Source: Candidatus Gallimonas intestinigallinarum
GTDB lineage: Bacteria > Bacillota > Clostridia > Christensenellales > Borkfalkiaceae
NCBI GenBank assembly: GCA_944338075.1
Contig: CALVLM010000011.1
Location: 403 to 64,402 of the forward strand
DNA length: 64,000 nt
Direction of reading: 5' to 3'
Numbering within the stretch: position 1 is the stretch's first letter; each line of letters starts with the position of its first letter. The translations under genes and the position numbers were made by a program. Below, one piece after another: positions 30,626 to 40,323 of this stretch. Below the pieces are notes generated by a model. The model ran no database searches, was not told the DNA's origin, and saw nothing but the letters and a program-made list of their open reading frames with translations.

Positions 30626-30656
30626 TTGCTCGTGACGCGGCGTCATATGTTAGACT
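30626..30656 (+). promoter_or_regulatory. MerR-type promoter with a 19-nt spacer containing a dyad operator
   Basis: TTGCTC (30626-30631), 19-nt spacer, TAGACT (30651-30656). The spacer holds the palindrome TGACGC-G-GCGTCA (30633-30645). Confidence 0.5.
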
Positions 30657-30685
30657 ATCCTTACAATCCTTACAAGGAGAAACGT

Positions 30686-31462
30686 ATGCCGAAAACAGAC
30701 TACATGACCGTTGGCGAGGCGGCGAAGAAAATGGGCGTCAGCGTCCGTACTTTGCAGTATTACGACAAGCTCGGGCTGCTCGCACCCTCTGCGCAGAGCG
30801 AGGGCGGGCGGCGGCTGTATGCGCAAAGAGATCTCGTCCGTCTGCATCAGATTTTGTCCCTGAAGTCGCTCGGCTTTTCGCTCGAGGACATCAAAGAAAG
30901 GCTCCCCGCGCTGGATACGCCCGCCGAGGTCGCAGACGCGCTCAGCGCGCAGGCAGAGGACCTCCGCAGCCGCATCTCACGGCTTTCCGACTGCCTTGCC
31001 GCGGTCGAAGGGCTGCGCGCGGAGGTCTTGCAGATGCAGGCGGTGGACTTCAAGAAGTACGCGGATATCATCGTCAATCTTCAGATGAAGAACGAGTACT
31101 ACTTTCTCATCAAGCACTTTGATGAAGAAACGCTCGATCACATCCGCACCCGGTTCGATGCCGAGAGCGGCAAGGAGTTCATCGAAAGGTTCATGTACCT
31201 GTGCGATCGGGCGCTTGCAATGCAGAAAGAGGGCGTCCCGCCCGAGAGCGAGGTGTGCCAGCAGCTTGCGAAAACATTCTGGGAGATGGTCGTCGAGTTC
31301 ACGGGCGGCGATATGCGCCTTTTGCCCAGGCTCATGGCGATCGGAGAGGCGAAGGGTGACGACGGCTGGCACAAGAAGCAGGCGCAAATCAACGCATACC
31401 TCGGCCCCGCGCTGGAGATCATGTTCGAGCGGCAGGGCACAAATCCCTTTTCAGGAGAATGA
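30686..31462 (+). CDS. MerR-family transcriptional regulator with a TipAS-like C-terminal domain
   Basis: YMTVGEAAKKMGVSVRTLQYYDKLGLL..GGRRLY. AGGAGA Shine-Dalgarno sequence. The track start at 30626 coincides with the -35 hexamer. Confidence 0.88.
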   Translation: MPKTDYMTVGEAAKKMGVSVRTLQYYDKLGLLAPSAQSEGGRRLYAQRDLVRLHQILSLKSLGFSLEDIKERLPALDTPAEVADALSAQAEDLRSRISRLSDCLAAVEGLRAEVLQMQAVDFKKYADIIVNLQMKNEYYFLIKHFDEETLDHIRTRFDAESGKEFIERFMYLCDRALAMQKEGVPPESEVCQQLAKTFWEMVVEFTGGDMRLLPRLMAIGEAKGDDGWHKKQAQINAYLGPALEIMFERQGTNPFSGE

Positions 31463-31463
31463 C

Positions 31464-32375
31464 ATGCGCGATATTATCACGATCGACCATTTAAGCAAGC
31501 ACTTCGGCGAAGTGAAGGCGGTGCAGGATCTTTCCTTCCGCGTCAGGGAAGGGGAGCTGTTCGCCTTCCTCGGCGTCAATGGCGCGGGAAAGAGCACGAC
31601 CATCCATATCATGTGCGGGCAGCTCAAAAAGGACGGCGGCAAGATCGTCATCGACGGCGCGGACCTCGACGGCGGCGCCGACCCCGTCAAGCAAAAGCTG
31701 GGCGTCGTCTTTCAGAACTCCGTACTGGACGGCGCGCTCACCGTGTGGGACAACCTCGAAAGCCGCGCCGCGCTCTACAAGATCACGGGCGCCGCGTTCA
31801 AAAAGCGCTTTTCAGAGCTTGACGCGCTGCTCGGGATCGGCGAATTCAAGAGGCGGGCGGTCGCCAAGCTCTCGGGCGGGCAGCGGCGGCGCATCGACAT
31901 TGCGCGGGCGCTGTTGCACCGCCCCAAGATCCTCATCCTCGACGAGCCGACCACGGGGCTGGACCCGCAGACGCGCAAGCTCCTCTGGGGCGTCATCGCG
32001 CGGCTGCGGCAGGAGGAGGGAATGACAGTGTTCCTCACAACGCACTACATGGAGGAGGCAGCGGAGGCGGACTTTGTCGTCATCCTCGAAAGCGGAAAGA
32101 TCGCCGCCGAGGGCACGCCGCTCTCGCTCAAAAACAGATACACGGGCGACTTCATTACGCTCTACGGCGCGGACGAGGAGACCATCATGGGGTTGGGGCT
32201 TTCCTATGAAAAGGTCCCGGGCGGATTCCGCCTGTCCGTGCCCGATACGGCGCACGCGACGCAGCTCATCCTCGCCCATCCCGAAGTATTCCTCGATTAT
32301 GAGGTCACAAAGGGCAGAATGGACGACGTCTTTCTTGCCGTGACGGGCAGACAGCCGGAAGGAGGGATGCAATGA
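31464..32375 (+). CDS. ABC transporter ATP-binding protein (ABC-2/drug-exporter type)
   Basis: Walker A GVNGAGKSTT, signature LSGGQRRRIDIARAL and Walker B ILILDEPTTGLD. The start follows AGGAGA. The upstream part of track ORF 31119 overlaps merR out of frame. Confidence 0.92.
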   Translation: MRDIITIDHLSKHFGEVKAVQDLSFRVREGELFAFLGVNGAGKSTTIHIMCGQLKKDGGKIVIDGADLDGGADPVKQKLGVVFQNSVLDGALTVWDNLESRAALYKITGAAFKKRFSELDALLGIGEFKRRAVAKLSGGQRRRIDIARALLHRPKILILDEPTTGLDPQTRKLLWGVIARLRQEEGMTVFLTTHYMEEAAEADFVVILESGKIAAEGTPLSLKNRYTGDFITLYGADEETIMGLGLSYEKVPGGFRLSVPDTAHATQLILAHPEVFLDYEVTKGRMDDVFLAVTGRQPEGGMQ

Positions 32376-33262
32376 CTGTTCTCATTCTCATCAAACGCAA
32401 CATCAAGCTCTTTTTCAAGGACAAGGGCATGTTCTTCACCTCGCTCATTACGCCCGCCATCCTGCTCATTTTGTATGTGACCTTTCTGAGCAATATCTAT
32501 CGGGACAGCTTCCTTGCAGGTTTTCCCGCGGGGATGTCCGTGCCCGAGGACGTCATCGACGGGCTGGTGGCGACGCAGCTCATCTCCTCCATGCTCGCCG
32601 TGTCCTGTGTGACCGTGGCGTTCTGTTCCAACTTTCTCATGGTGCAGGACAGGGTGACGGGCGCCATCCGCGATCTGCGCATCTCGCCCGTGAAGCCCGC
32701 TGCGCTCTCGCTGAGCTACTACGTTGCGACGCTCGTCTCCACGCTGCTCATCTGCTATGCGGCGACGGCGATCTGCCTCATCTATGTGGCGGTCGCTGGG
32801 TGGTATCTCTCGGTCGCGGACGTGTTCCGGCTGCTGCTCGACGTGTTGCTCTTGGTGTTGTTCGGCACGGCGCTCTCCTCCGTCATCAACTTCTTCCTCT
32901 CCACGCAGGGGCAGATTTCGGCGGTCGGTGCGATCGTCAGCGCGGGCTATGGGTTTATCTGCGGCGCGTACATGCCAATCTCCTCCTTCGGCGAGGGGCT
33001 GCAGACGGCGATCGGCTTCCTTCCGGGGACATACGGCACCTCGCTCATCCGAAATCACGCCATGCAGGGCGCATTCCATGAGCTCGGCGCGCAGGGACTG
33101 CCGTCGGAGGCGGTGGAGGCGCTGCGCGACGCGGTGGACTGCAACCTCTACTTCTTCGGGGAGCAGGTCGGACTGCCCGCCATGTACCTCGTCCTTGCAG
33201 GCGCAACGCTCGCGCTGCTCCTTGTCTATATCCTGCTGAATGTGCTCAGAAAGCGTGGATAA
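32372..33262 (+). CDS. ABC-2 type transporter permease
   Basis: 296 aa with ~6 TM helices. 4-nt overlap with the ATPase gene. Confidence 0.85.
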   Translation: MTVLILIKRNIKLFFKDKGMFFTSLITPAILLILYVTFLSNIYRDSFLAGFPAGMSVPEDVIDGLVATQLISSMLAVSCVTVAFCSNFLMVQDRVTGAIRDLRISPVKPAALSLSYYVATLVSTLLICYAATAICLIYVAVAGWYLSVADVFRLLLDVLLLVLFGTALSSVINFFLSTQGQISAVGAIVSAGYGFICGAYMPISSFGEGLQTAIGFLPGTYGTSLIRNHAMQGAFHELGAQGLPSEAVEALRDAVDCNLYFFGEQVGLPAMYLVLAGATLALLLVYILLNVLRKRG

Positions 33263-33295
33263 ACGCCGCATTTTGCGGTTTCGCCGAAGCATATG

Positions 33296-33328
33296 CCGCG
33301 CCCGCCGAACGTCGTTCGGCGGGCGCGG
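33296..33328. terminator. GC-rich hairpin after the ABC-2 operon
   Basis: Near-perfect inverted repeat CCGCGCCCGCCGAACG / CGTTCGGCGGGCGCGG. There is no clear T run. Confidence 0.4.
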
Positions 33329-33390
33329 AATTATAAAATGAAATCCGCGTGTCCTTTGAAAAAAATCTATGAAAAAATGCAAATTAGGTC

Positions 33391-33418
33391 TTGACGAACG
33401 CTGTATTTGTGCTATAAT
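33391..33418 (+). promoter_or_regulatory. Candidate promoter of the alcohol dehydrogenase gene
   Basis: TTGACG, 16-nt spacer, TATAAT, with a TGC extended -10. Confidence 0.5.
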
Positions 33419-33471
33419 ATCTTTTGGAAATCAAGTGAACGTTGTTCACGAAAAAGGAAAAGGAGTTTCAA

Positions 33472-34689
33472 ATGGCAAGGTTTACGTTACCCAGAGATCT
33501 CTATCATGGCAAGGGCTCGTTGGAAGTCCTCAAGACGCTCGAAGGCAAGAAGGCGATGATCTGCGTCGGCGGCGGCTCGATGAAGAAGTTCGGCTTCCTC
33601 GACAGAGCGGTGAATTACCTCAAGGAAGCGGGCATGGAAGTGGAAGTGTTCGAGGGCATCGAGTCCGATCCTTCCGTCGAGACGGTCATGCGCGGCGCTG
33701 AAGCGATGCTCAAGTTCGAGCCTGACTGGATCGTCGCAATGGGCGGCGGTTCGCCCATCGACGCGGCAAAGGCGATGTGGATCAAGTACGAATATCCCGA
33801 TACGACCTTCGAGGATATGTGCAAAGTGTTCGGGCTTCCCAAGCTGAGGAAGAAGGCGCACTTCGTCGCGATCCCCTCCACGTCGGGCACGGCGACCGAG
33901 GTCACGGCGTTCTCCATCATCACCAACTATCAGAATGGCATCAAGTACCCGATCGCAGACTTCGAGATCACGCCCGATATCGCGATCGTCGATCCCGATC
34001 TCGCGGAGACCATGCCCAAGAAGCTGGTCGCGCACACCGGTATGGACGCAATGACGCACGCGATCGAAGCTTACGTCTCCACGGCGAACTGCGACTACAC
34101 CGATCCGCTCGCCATCCACGCGATCGAGATGATCCAGGAAAATCTCATTCCCTCCTACAACGGGGATATGGAAGCGCGCGACAAGATGCACAACGCGCAG
34201 TGCCTTGCGGGACAGGCGTTCTCCAACGCGCTGCTCGGCATCGTCCACTCCATGGCGCACAAGACGGGCGCGGCGTTCGCTGATTACGGCGCACACATCA
34301 TCCACGGCGCAGCAAACGCAATGTACCTGCCCAAGGTCATCGCCTTCAACGCGAAGGACCCCACCGCGAAGAAGCGCTACGGCGTCATCGTGGACTACAT
34401 GGGGCTCGGCGGCAAGGATGACGATGAGAAGGTCGCACTGCTCATCGCGCACCTGAGGAAGATGAACGACGAGCTCAATATCCCTCACTGCATCAAGAAC
34501 TACGGCGCAGACAGCTATCCCTGCGAGCAGGGCTTTGTGCCCGAGGACGTGTTCCTCTCCCGCCTGCACGACATCGCCGTCAACGCGATCGGCGACGCCT
34601 GCACGGGCTCCAATCCCCGTCAGCCCTCCGTCGAGGAGATGGAAAAGCTGCTCAAGTGCTGCTACTACGATACCGAAGTCGATTTCTGA
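33472..34689 (+). CDS. Iron-containing (group III) alcohol dehydrogenase
   Basis: GGGSMKK..GGGSPIDAAKAM and metal-binding His motifs (HTGMDAMTHAIE, HSMAHK..HG). The start follows AAGGAG. The track TTG start is 33442. Confidence 0.9.
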   Translation: MARFTLPRDLYHGKGSLEVLKTLEGKKAMICVGGGSMKKFGFLDRAVNYLKEAGMEVEVFEGIESDPSVETVMRGAEAMLKFEPDWIVAMGGGSPIDAAKAMWIKYEYPDTTFEDMCKVFGLPKLRKKAHFVAIPSTSGTATEVTAFSIITNYQNGIKYPIADFEITPDIAIVDPDLAETMPKKLVAHTGMDAMTHAIEAYVSTANCDYTDPLAIHAIEMIQENLIPSYNGDMEARDKMHNAQCLAGQAFSNALLGIVHSMAHKTGAAFADYGAHIIHGAANAMYLPKVIAFNAKDPTAKKRYGVIVDYMGLGGKDDDEKVALLIAHLRKMNDELNIPHCIKNYGADSYPCEQGFVPEDVFLSRLHDIAVNAIGDACTGSNPRQPSVEEMEKLLKCCYYDTEVDF

Positions 34690-34701
34690 TCGATTTAGCG
34701 C

Positions 34702-34732
34702 AAAAAAGGAAGCCACACGGCTTCCTTTTTTT
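34702..34732 (+). terminator. Rho-independent terminator of the ADH gene
   Basis: Stem AAAAAGGAAGCC / GGCTTCCTTTTT with loop ACAC and a T run. Confidence 0.8.
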
Positions 34733-35051
34733 GTGCCCTGAAATGCCCGTTGATTCGGCGGAAGGGGCGTGTGTTTTGAAAGTTGTCAAAATATCCCTTC
34801 TTTCGGCTGTGCCGCAGGGGATTGGTCAATCCATTTGAAATGCGCCGAAAAACGGCGATTTCGCGCATTTTGCCGCAAAATGGCGCGGGCGGGAGGGGCG
34901 AAAAATGCAGATTTTCGTGTCGGAAGGAAGTATATTTCGATTATTATCTAAATAAATGCCATCATGCCAGTCAGGAGTTTTTCCTCTTTGGAACGGGGAA
35001 ATCCCTGCCTTTTTCTTTTTTCGCCGCTCCGTTTACCTGGGCGCGCAAAGT

Positions 35052-36116
35052 TCACTTGGCAGATCTTGGCAGCATGCCGATGCTCTCAAAATAGGTTTGA
35101 TTGTGAAGGACGGAGGGATGCGTCGGGGCGAGCGCGGCGGCGCGCTTGTGATACTCCAGTGCAGCGTCCTTTTTTCCGAGCAGGGAATTGCAATAGACGA
35201 GCCCCAGCAGCGGATAGAGCGTGCGTTCGTCGGGCACGTCGAAGTCGCCCTCCGCGGAGCGGTCGGGGCAGGCGAGCGCCCGTTCGTACCACCAGACGGC
35301 CTCGCCAAGTTTCCCGTCCTCCTGGAATGCCCTGCCGATGGTGTGGCAGACGCCCCCGCGCGGCAGTCCGAAGGAGAAGCTGCGAAAGAGGGTGTTGAGC
35401 GCCCGGGTTCGCTCTCCCTTGGCAGCATAGCAGCTCGCAAGCACTTTGCACGCTTCGATCTGGTTGACGTACCAGCCCTCACTCGCAAGCATCTCCTCCA
35501 GGACGGCGATCGCCTCGGTATATAACTTGTTGTAGTACAGCTCGCGCCCGTAGTAGAACAGGTCGCGCGCCGAGAGCGGCTCCTCCGCGCGCCACTTCTG
35601 GTAGATATGCAGGTTGCGCGCGCCGCGCGGCTTGTCGCTTCTCAGGTGGGTCACCGTGAAGTCGCTGCCGATCACTCTGCCGAAGGGGGAGATACACTCA
35701 TGCACGCGTCCCACCCAGCGCGCTCTTTCGCACCGCCTGACGATGCGCTCGCGCCGAAAGGAGAGTCCGCCGCCCGCATACCCGCACACGACCATATCGG
35801 CGGGGTCGCGCTGCAGTTGTTTTTTGAGTGCAACAAGGCGGGGGAGTTGCTCGGGCGCGATGACGTCGTCGGCGTCCAGCCACATGAGATAGTCCCCGCC
35901 CGCCCTTGCAAAGGAGACGTTGCGCGCCCGTGCAAAGTCGTCCTGCCATAGCTCGTCATAGAGTTTGTCGGTGTAGCGCGAGGCGATCGCACGGGTTGTA
36001 TCCGTGCTCCCCGTATCGACGATGACGATCTCATCCACGGCATCCTTCACGCTGTCCAGACAGCGGGAAAGGACGTCCTCTTCATTTTTTACGATCATGC
36101 ACAGGGAAAGCTGCAT
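35052..36116 (-). CDS. Family-2 glycosyltransferase fused to TPR repeats
   Basis: LSLCMIVKNEEDVLSRCLDS..IVIVDTGSTD..WLDADD (GT2 DxD motif), then TPR-like repeats. The start Met at 36116 follows GGAGGT. The track start is 36203. Confidence 0.85.
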   Translation of the reverse strand: MQLSLCMIVKNEEDVLSRCLDSVKDAVDEIVIVDTGSTDTTRAIASRYTDKLYDELWQDDFARARNVSFARAGGDYLMWLDADDVIAPEQLPRLVALKKQLQRDPADMVVCGYAGGGLSFRRERIVRRCERARWVGRVHECISPFGRVIGSDFTVTHLRSDKPRGARNLHIYQKWRAEEPLSARDLFYYGRELYYNKLYTEAIAVLEEMLASEGWYVNQIEACKVLASCYAAKGERTRALNTLFRSFSFGLPRGGVCHTIGRAFQEDGKLGEAVWWYERALACPDRSAEGDFDVPDERTLYPLLGLVYCNSLLGKKDAALEYHKRAAALAPTHPSVLHNQTYFESIGMLPRSAK

Positions 36117-36146
36117 CGTCACCTCCGTAGTCAAAGTTGGATATAA

Positions 36147-36557
<411 letters not shown>

Positions 36558-36741
36558 GGGAAAGGAAGGATCGCTTCATATCCGTTGCGTGAAATGTGCC
36601 GATCGCCGTATGAATCGGCTGGGTCAATCATTGCGCATACGAAAAAATTGTGATATAATAGAGTCATTCCCTGGTTATTTCGGGTATCGCGAAAGATGCG
36701 TCGCTGCAGACGGCGATGAGTTTCTGCATGAGGAAAGGGCA

Positions 36742-37700
36742 ATGAACAATATCATTTTTTCGATGATCCCTTTTATATTGTTTGCATTCATTTGCGTCGT
36801 TCTGACCATGAGAAGATTCTCGCGGGCAGTGACATACATCGCGTGGGCGGTGCTCGTCGGTGCGATCGTCGCCGTCTATCTCGGGCTCGGTTTTACCCGT
36901 CTGGACAATGCGTTCCTCATCGCGCTTATGCCCGTCACGGCGTATCTTCCCGTCATCATAGCGGTGTTTGTGCTCTCAAAGAGAAGTTTTACGGGAAATG
37001 TCTTTGTGATATCCGTCTCCCTGCTTGCATGCGTCATCGCGGGGCTTGTAAGAAAACTTGTCGTCACGTTCGGCTTTGACGGGGTGTGGGGCGGCGTGCT
37101 CTGCGCGCTCATCGTCGCCGCAGTCAGCGCCGTCATCGCGTTTGTCGTCTACTATTATCTGCGTGGCATCTTCCGCGACTATGACAAGACGGAAAAGAAA
37201 AACCTCTTTCTTCTGCCGGTCATGTTTCTGCCGGTCGTGCTGTCGCTGTATCAGATCTCAAGCGTGAGCGATCTCACCGCCATCCTTCTCCTGCTCGCCG
37301 CCGACCTGTGCGTGTTCGGCGTCACGACGGCATATATCGTGACCCGCTACAAGAACATGAAGCTGCGCATCGAGCGCGAAGAGGCGCTCCGTCAGGTGGA
37401 GATCGAGCGGGAGGAGTACAAGCTCTCCGAACAAAAGCTGGAACTTGGCAGGCGCTACCGTCACGACATGCGCCATCACTTTGCTGCCATCCGCGGGCTT
37501 TTGGTGCAGGGCGACACGGGGCAGGTGGTGGAGTATCTCAACACGCCGTCGCGCTCGGGGAGGACGGACTGCCCGTCGCAACAAAGACGGACGAGCACGG
37601 CTATGGCATGACGAGCATCCGCTATATTGTCCAAAAGTACAGTGGGGTTCTCAAGTGCGAGAGTACGGAAGAAAGTTTTTCCATCCGGCTTGTCCTGTTT
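36742..37700 (+). pseudogene. AgrC/LytS-like GHKL sensor kinase with an internal deletion and frameshift
   Basis: About 6 TM helices and the H-box RYRHDMRHHFAAIRGLL in one frame. The G2/ATP-lid end (TKTDEHGYGMTSIRYIVQKYSGVLKCES..FSIRLVLFE) follows only ~30 codons later in another frame. No N-box region is present. Confidence 0.55.
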
Positions 37701-38303
37701 GAAACATCGGACGTGAGCTCCCCGCGCCGCAGGAAGCGGGGCAGCGTGCGCGCCCTCACCGCTGTCCCGCTCGGTCTGGTCGCGGCGATCATCTCCCTCA
37801 ACTGCATGCCCGCCACCGTGAGCGCACTCGAGGACGTTCCCGTGCTCGGCGCGGCGGTCTCCGCCGTCGATTTCGCAACTGGGGATTTGGCTGGGGGGAC
37901 AGCGAGCTGGATGTCACCTACCCGGAGACGGGCAATGAAACGATCGATAAGACAATCGAGGACTATATCGACGCGTGCGTGGACGAGTTTATGACCTATT
38001 ACGGCCTGCGCGATCAGGGGTACGTCGGCGCGGATATCATGAGCTCCGTCCTCGTGGAAAATGAGGCGATGCTCACGATCAGGGTCAGCTACACGCTGAA
38101 CATCGGGAGCTCGCTCTCCTATGAAAGGTATTTTGTCATCGATAAGGAGCGCCTATCCCAATCTTACGCAGGACGAATATGTGGACGAAATGCTGCGCCT
38201 GTTCAAAGAGGCGGGCGTTTTTCTAACGCGCGAAGAGCTGGAAAAATTGCTCATGCTGCGCCGGCAGACAGATCTGCTGTTGCTTGATCAATTTGGCAAA
38301 TAA
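37701..38303 (+). pseudogene. Decayed RsiV/DUF3298-like membrane protein gene with at least two frameshifts
   Basis: The TM segment ALTAVPLGLVAAIISL, then FRNWGFGWGDSELDVTYPETGNETIDKTIEDYIDACVDEF..MLTIRVSYTLNIGS, then YPNLTQDEYVDEMLRLF lie in three different frames. There is no independent start codon. Confidence 0.45.
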
Positions 38304-38359
38304 AGGAGTGCGGCGCAGGCAAGGCGCTGCAATGGTAAGAAAATTTGAAAAGTTTAAGG

Positions 38360-38390
38360 GCAGGCTGCCGCATGTACTGCGGCAGCCTGC
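38360..38390 (+). terminator. Perfect 13-bp hairpin after the decayed genes
   Basis: GCAGGCTGCCGCA / TGCGGCAGCCTGC with a 5-nt loop. The downstream T run is weak. Confidence 0.45.
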
Positions 38391-38492
38391 TATTCGTTTA
38401 TGCGCACAGGCGGGCGCGGAAGCTTCATATTATGATAGGGGGCAGGTGTCCAAATCATCCTGACGGAGGAGCAGAATACGGAAAATCAGCCA

Positions 38493-38657
38493 ATGCAGCC
38501 GCAGGAGCCGTGCAGCGCTCCTCCGACCTCGGAAAAGACATACGAGGCGGATGGACAAAAGTGCCTCGTCATCAGACATTTTACGGGGGATGCACCGCTT
38601 TCTAAAATCGTTCTGGAGGTCGCCGTGCGCCGGGTCGATCGGGAGATGGGCTTATGA
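38493..38657 (+). CDS. Small ORF (54 aa) translationally coupled to the serine recombinase
   Basis: MQPQEPCSAPPTSEKTYEADGQKCLVIRHFTGDAPLSKIVLEVAVRRVDREMGL. Its stop overlaps the recombinase ATG (ATGA). It resembles small proteins I recall upstream of Clostridial transposon recombinases, but this is unverified. The RBS is weak. Confidence 0.4.
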   Translation: MQPQEPCSAPPTSEKTYEADGQKCLVIRHFTGDAPLSKIVLEVAVRRVDREMGL

Positions 38658-40240
38658 CGGCTCCCCTCGGGCGTACGGGGATCTATATGCGCCTCTCGCG
38701 CGACGACGAGAAGGCGGGCGAGTCGATGTCCATTGAAAATCAGCGCGCGATGCTTCTGCAATATGTCGCGGAAAATGGCGGCACGGTCGCGGGCGAGTAT
38801 GCGGACGACGGCTGGTCGGGCACCGACTTCGAACGCCCGGGCGTTGCGCGCCTTCTGGAGGATGCCAAAGAGGGAAAGATCGACACGATCATCGTCAAAG
38901 ACCTGTCCCGCTTCGGGCGCAACTATATCCGCGTCGGGCAGTATATCGACTATCTCTTTCCCGCCTACGGCATTCGCTTTATCGCCCTCGCGGACAACGT
39001 GGACACCGCGGACAGGTCGGGGGCGGGCATGGACATGATGCCCATCATGAACGTGTTCAATGAATGGCACGCAGCGAATACCTCCAAGAAGATTCGCGCG
39101 GTGCTGGAGAGCAACTGGCGCGCGGGCAAGTACACCAACTGGGCCTATCCCTACGGCTACAAAGCGAGCACGGACGAAAAACGTACGGCGGTCATCGACG
39201 GGGAGGCGGCGGGCATCGTGCGGCGCATCTATGACATGCGCCTGCAGGGAAATTCCGCCCGCACGATCGCGCGGCGGCTGACCGATGAGGGCGTCCCCAA
39301 CCCCGCGACCTACTTCACGCGGCTGGACGGCAAAAAATCGGACCGCCGCTGTTCGCCCCACTGGACGCCCAAGACGGTCATGGGCATCCTCTGCAATCCG
39401 ACCTATATCGGCACGATGACACAGCACAAGACGACGCGCTTTTCCTATAAAAACCACAAGGTCGTCACCGTGCCGGAAGGGGAGCGCATCGTAAAGGAAG
39501 ATGCGCACGCTGCGATCATCTCCCGCGAGGTCTGGGAACAAGTGCAGGCGATGCGCGCCGCACCGCGCGGCAGGGCGGATCAGGCGCAGGAAGTGCACCC
39601 CCTGTCCGGACTCCTCGTCTGTGCCGACTGCGGCAAGAAGATGAAGCGCAGGGCGTCGAAGGGGAAAAACGCCTGCTACGCCTGCCGCACCTATATTGAC
39701 CTCGGCAAACAGTATTGCACCTCCCACAGCATCGGCGAGCGGCAGTTGGAGGAACTGCTCCTGCGCGACATCCGCGCCATGCTCGGCAATGTCTCAATCG
39801 ATGCGGGGGTCGTCGGGAAGGCATACCTTAAAAAGCTGGAAGCGCGCGGCGCGCAGGACAGGCGCGCCGGGGAAAGGGAACTGCGCGCTTGCAGGGCAAG
39901 GCTTGTCCAATTGGACAGTCTGATCGCATCGGCGTTTGAGGAGCGGGTGCTGGGAAAACTCCCGGAGAGCGTCTGCAAGTCGCTGTGCGAGCGCTACCAG
40001 GCGGAAAAGGTCAGAATCGCGGAGCAGATCGCCGCGCTGGAGGCGCACCTTGCGCGCCCGGACGACGCGCAGACCGCAAGGCAGTATGCAGCGCGCCTTG
40101 TGCATTACGCCGCGTGCGAAGAGCTCACCCGCGAGCTGTGCCTGCAGCTCGTTGAAAAGATCGTAGTGGGGGAGCGGGTATCGTCGCGCACGATCGAGAT
40201 CTATTACCGCTTTTGCGCGCCCATGGCGCCTTCGCCATAG
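38654..40240 (+). CDS. Large serine recombinase
   Basis: GIYMRLSRDDE catalytic Ser, DTIIVKDLSRFGRN, a recombinase domain, a Cys-pair zinc ribbon (CADCGKKM..CYACRTY..C) and a coiled coil. Confidence 0.9.
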   Translation: MTAPLGRTGIYMRLSRDDEKAGESMSIENQRAMLLQYVAENGGTVAGEYADDGWSGTDFERPGVARLLEDAKEGKIDTIIVKDLSRFGRNYIRVGQYIDYLFPAYGIRFIALADNVDTADRSGAGMDMMPIMNVFNEWHAANTSKKIRAVLESNWRAGKYTNWAYPYGYKASTDEKRTAVIDGEAAGIVRRIYDMRLQGNSARTIARRLTDEGVPNPATYFTRLDGKKSDRRCSPHWTPKTVMGILCNPTYIGTMTQHKTTRFSYKNHKVVTVPEGERIVKEDAHAAIISREVWEQVQAMRAAPRGRADQAQEVHPLSGLLVCADCGKKMKRRASKGKNACYACRTYIDLGKQYCTSHSIGERQLEELLLRDIRAMLGNVSIDAGVVGKAYLKKLEARGAQDRRAGERELRACRARLVQLDSLIASAFEERVLGKLPESVCKSLCERYQAEKVRIAEQIAALEAHLARPDDAQTARQYAARLVHYAACEELTRELCLQLVEKIVVGERVSSRTIEIYYRFCAPMAPSP

Positions 40241-40279
40241 CCCGCGCTGCGATAGGGGGCATTTCACAAGAAAAAGAAT

Positions 40280-40308
40280 GCGGGCGTTCGGCTGTGCCGA
40301 ACGCCCGC
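40280..40308. terminator. Bidirectional terminator between the recombinase gene and galK
   Basis: 13-bp stem GCGGGCGTTCGGC / GCCGAACGCCCGC. Confidence 0.65.
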
Positions 40309-40323
40309 AAGTGTATCAGAAAT

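Noticed and set aside
31119-31463. N-terminal extension of the ABC ATPase ORF (track start 31119)
   Set aside because: It overlaps the merR coding region out of frame. A Shine-Dalgarno sequence and ATG at 31464 give a normal-length ATPase.
34740-35051. Short ORFs (60-103 aa) in the gap between the ADH and GT2-TPR genes
   Set aside because: They overlap one another in different frames, have no RBS and no motifs. The region looks like intergenic DNA.
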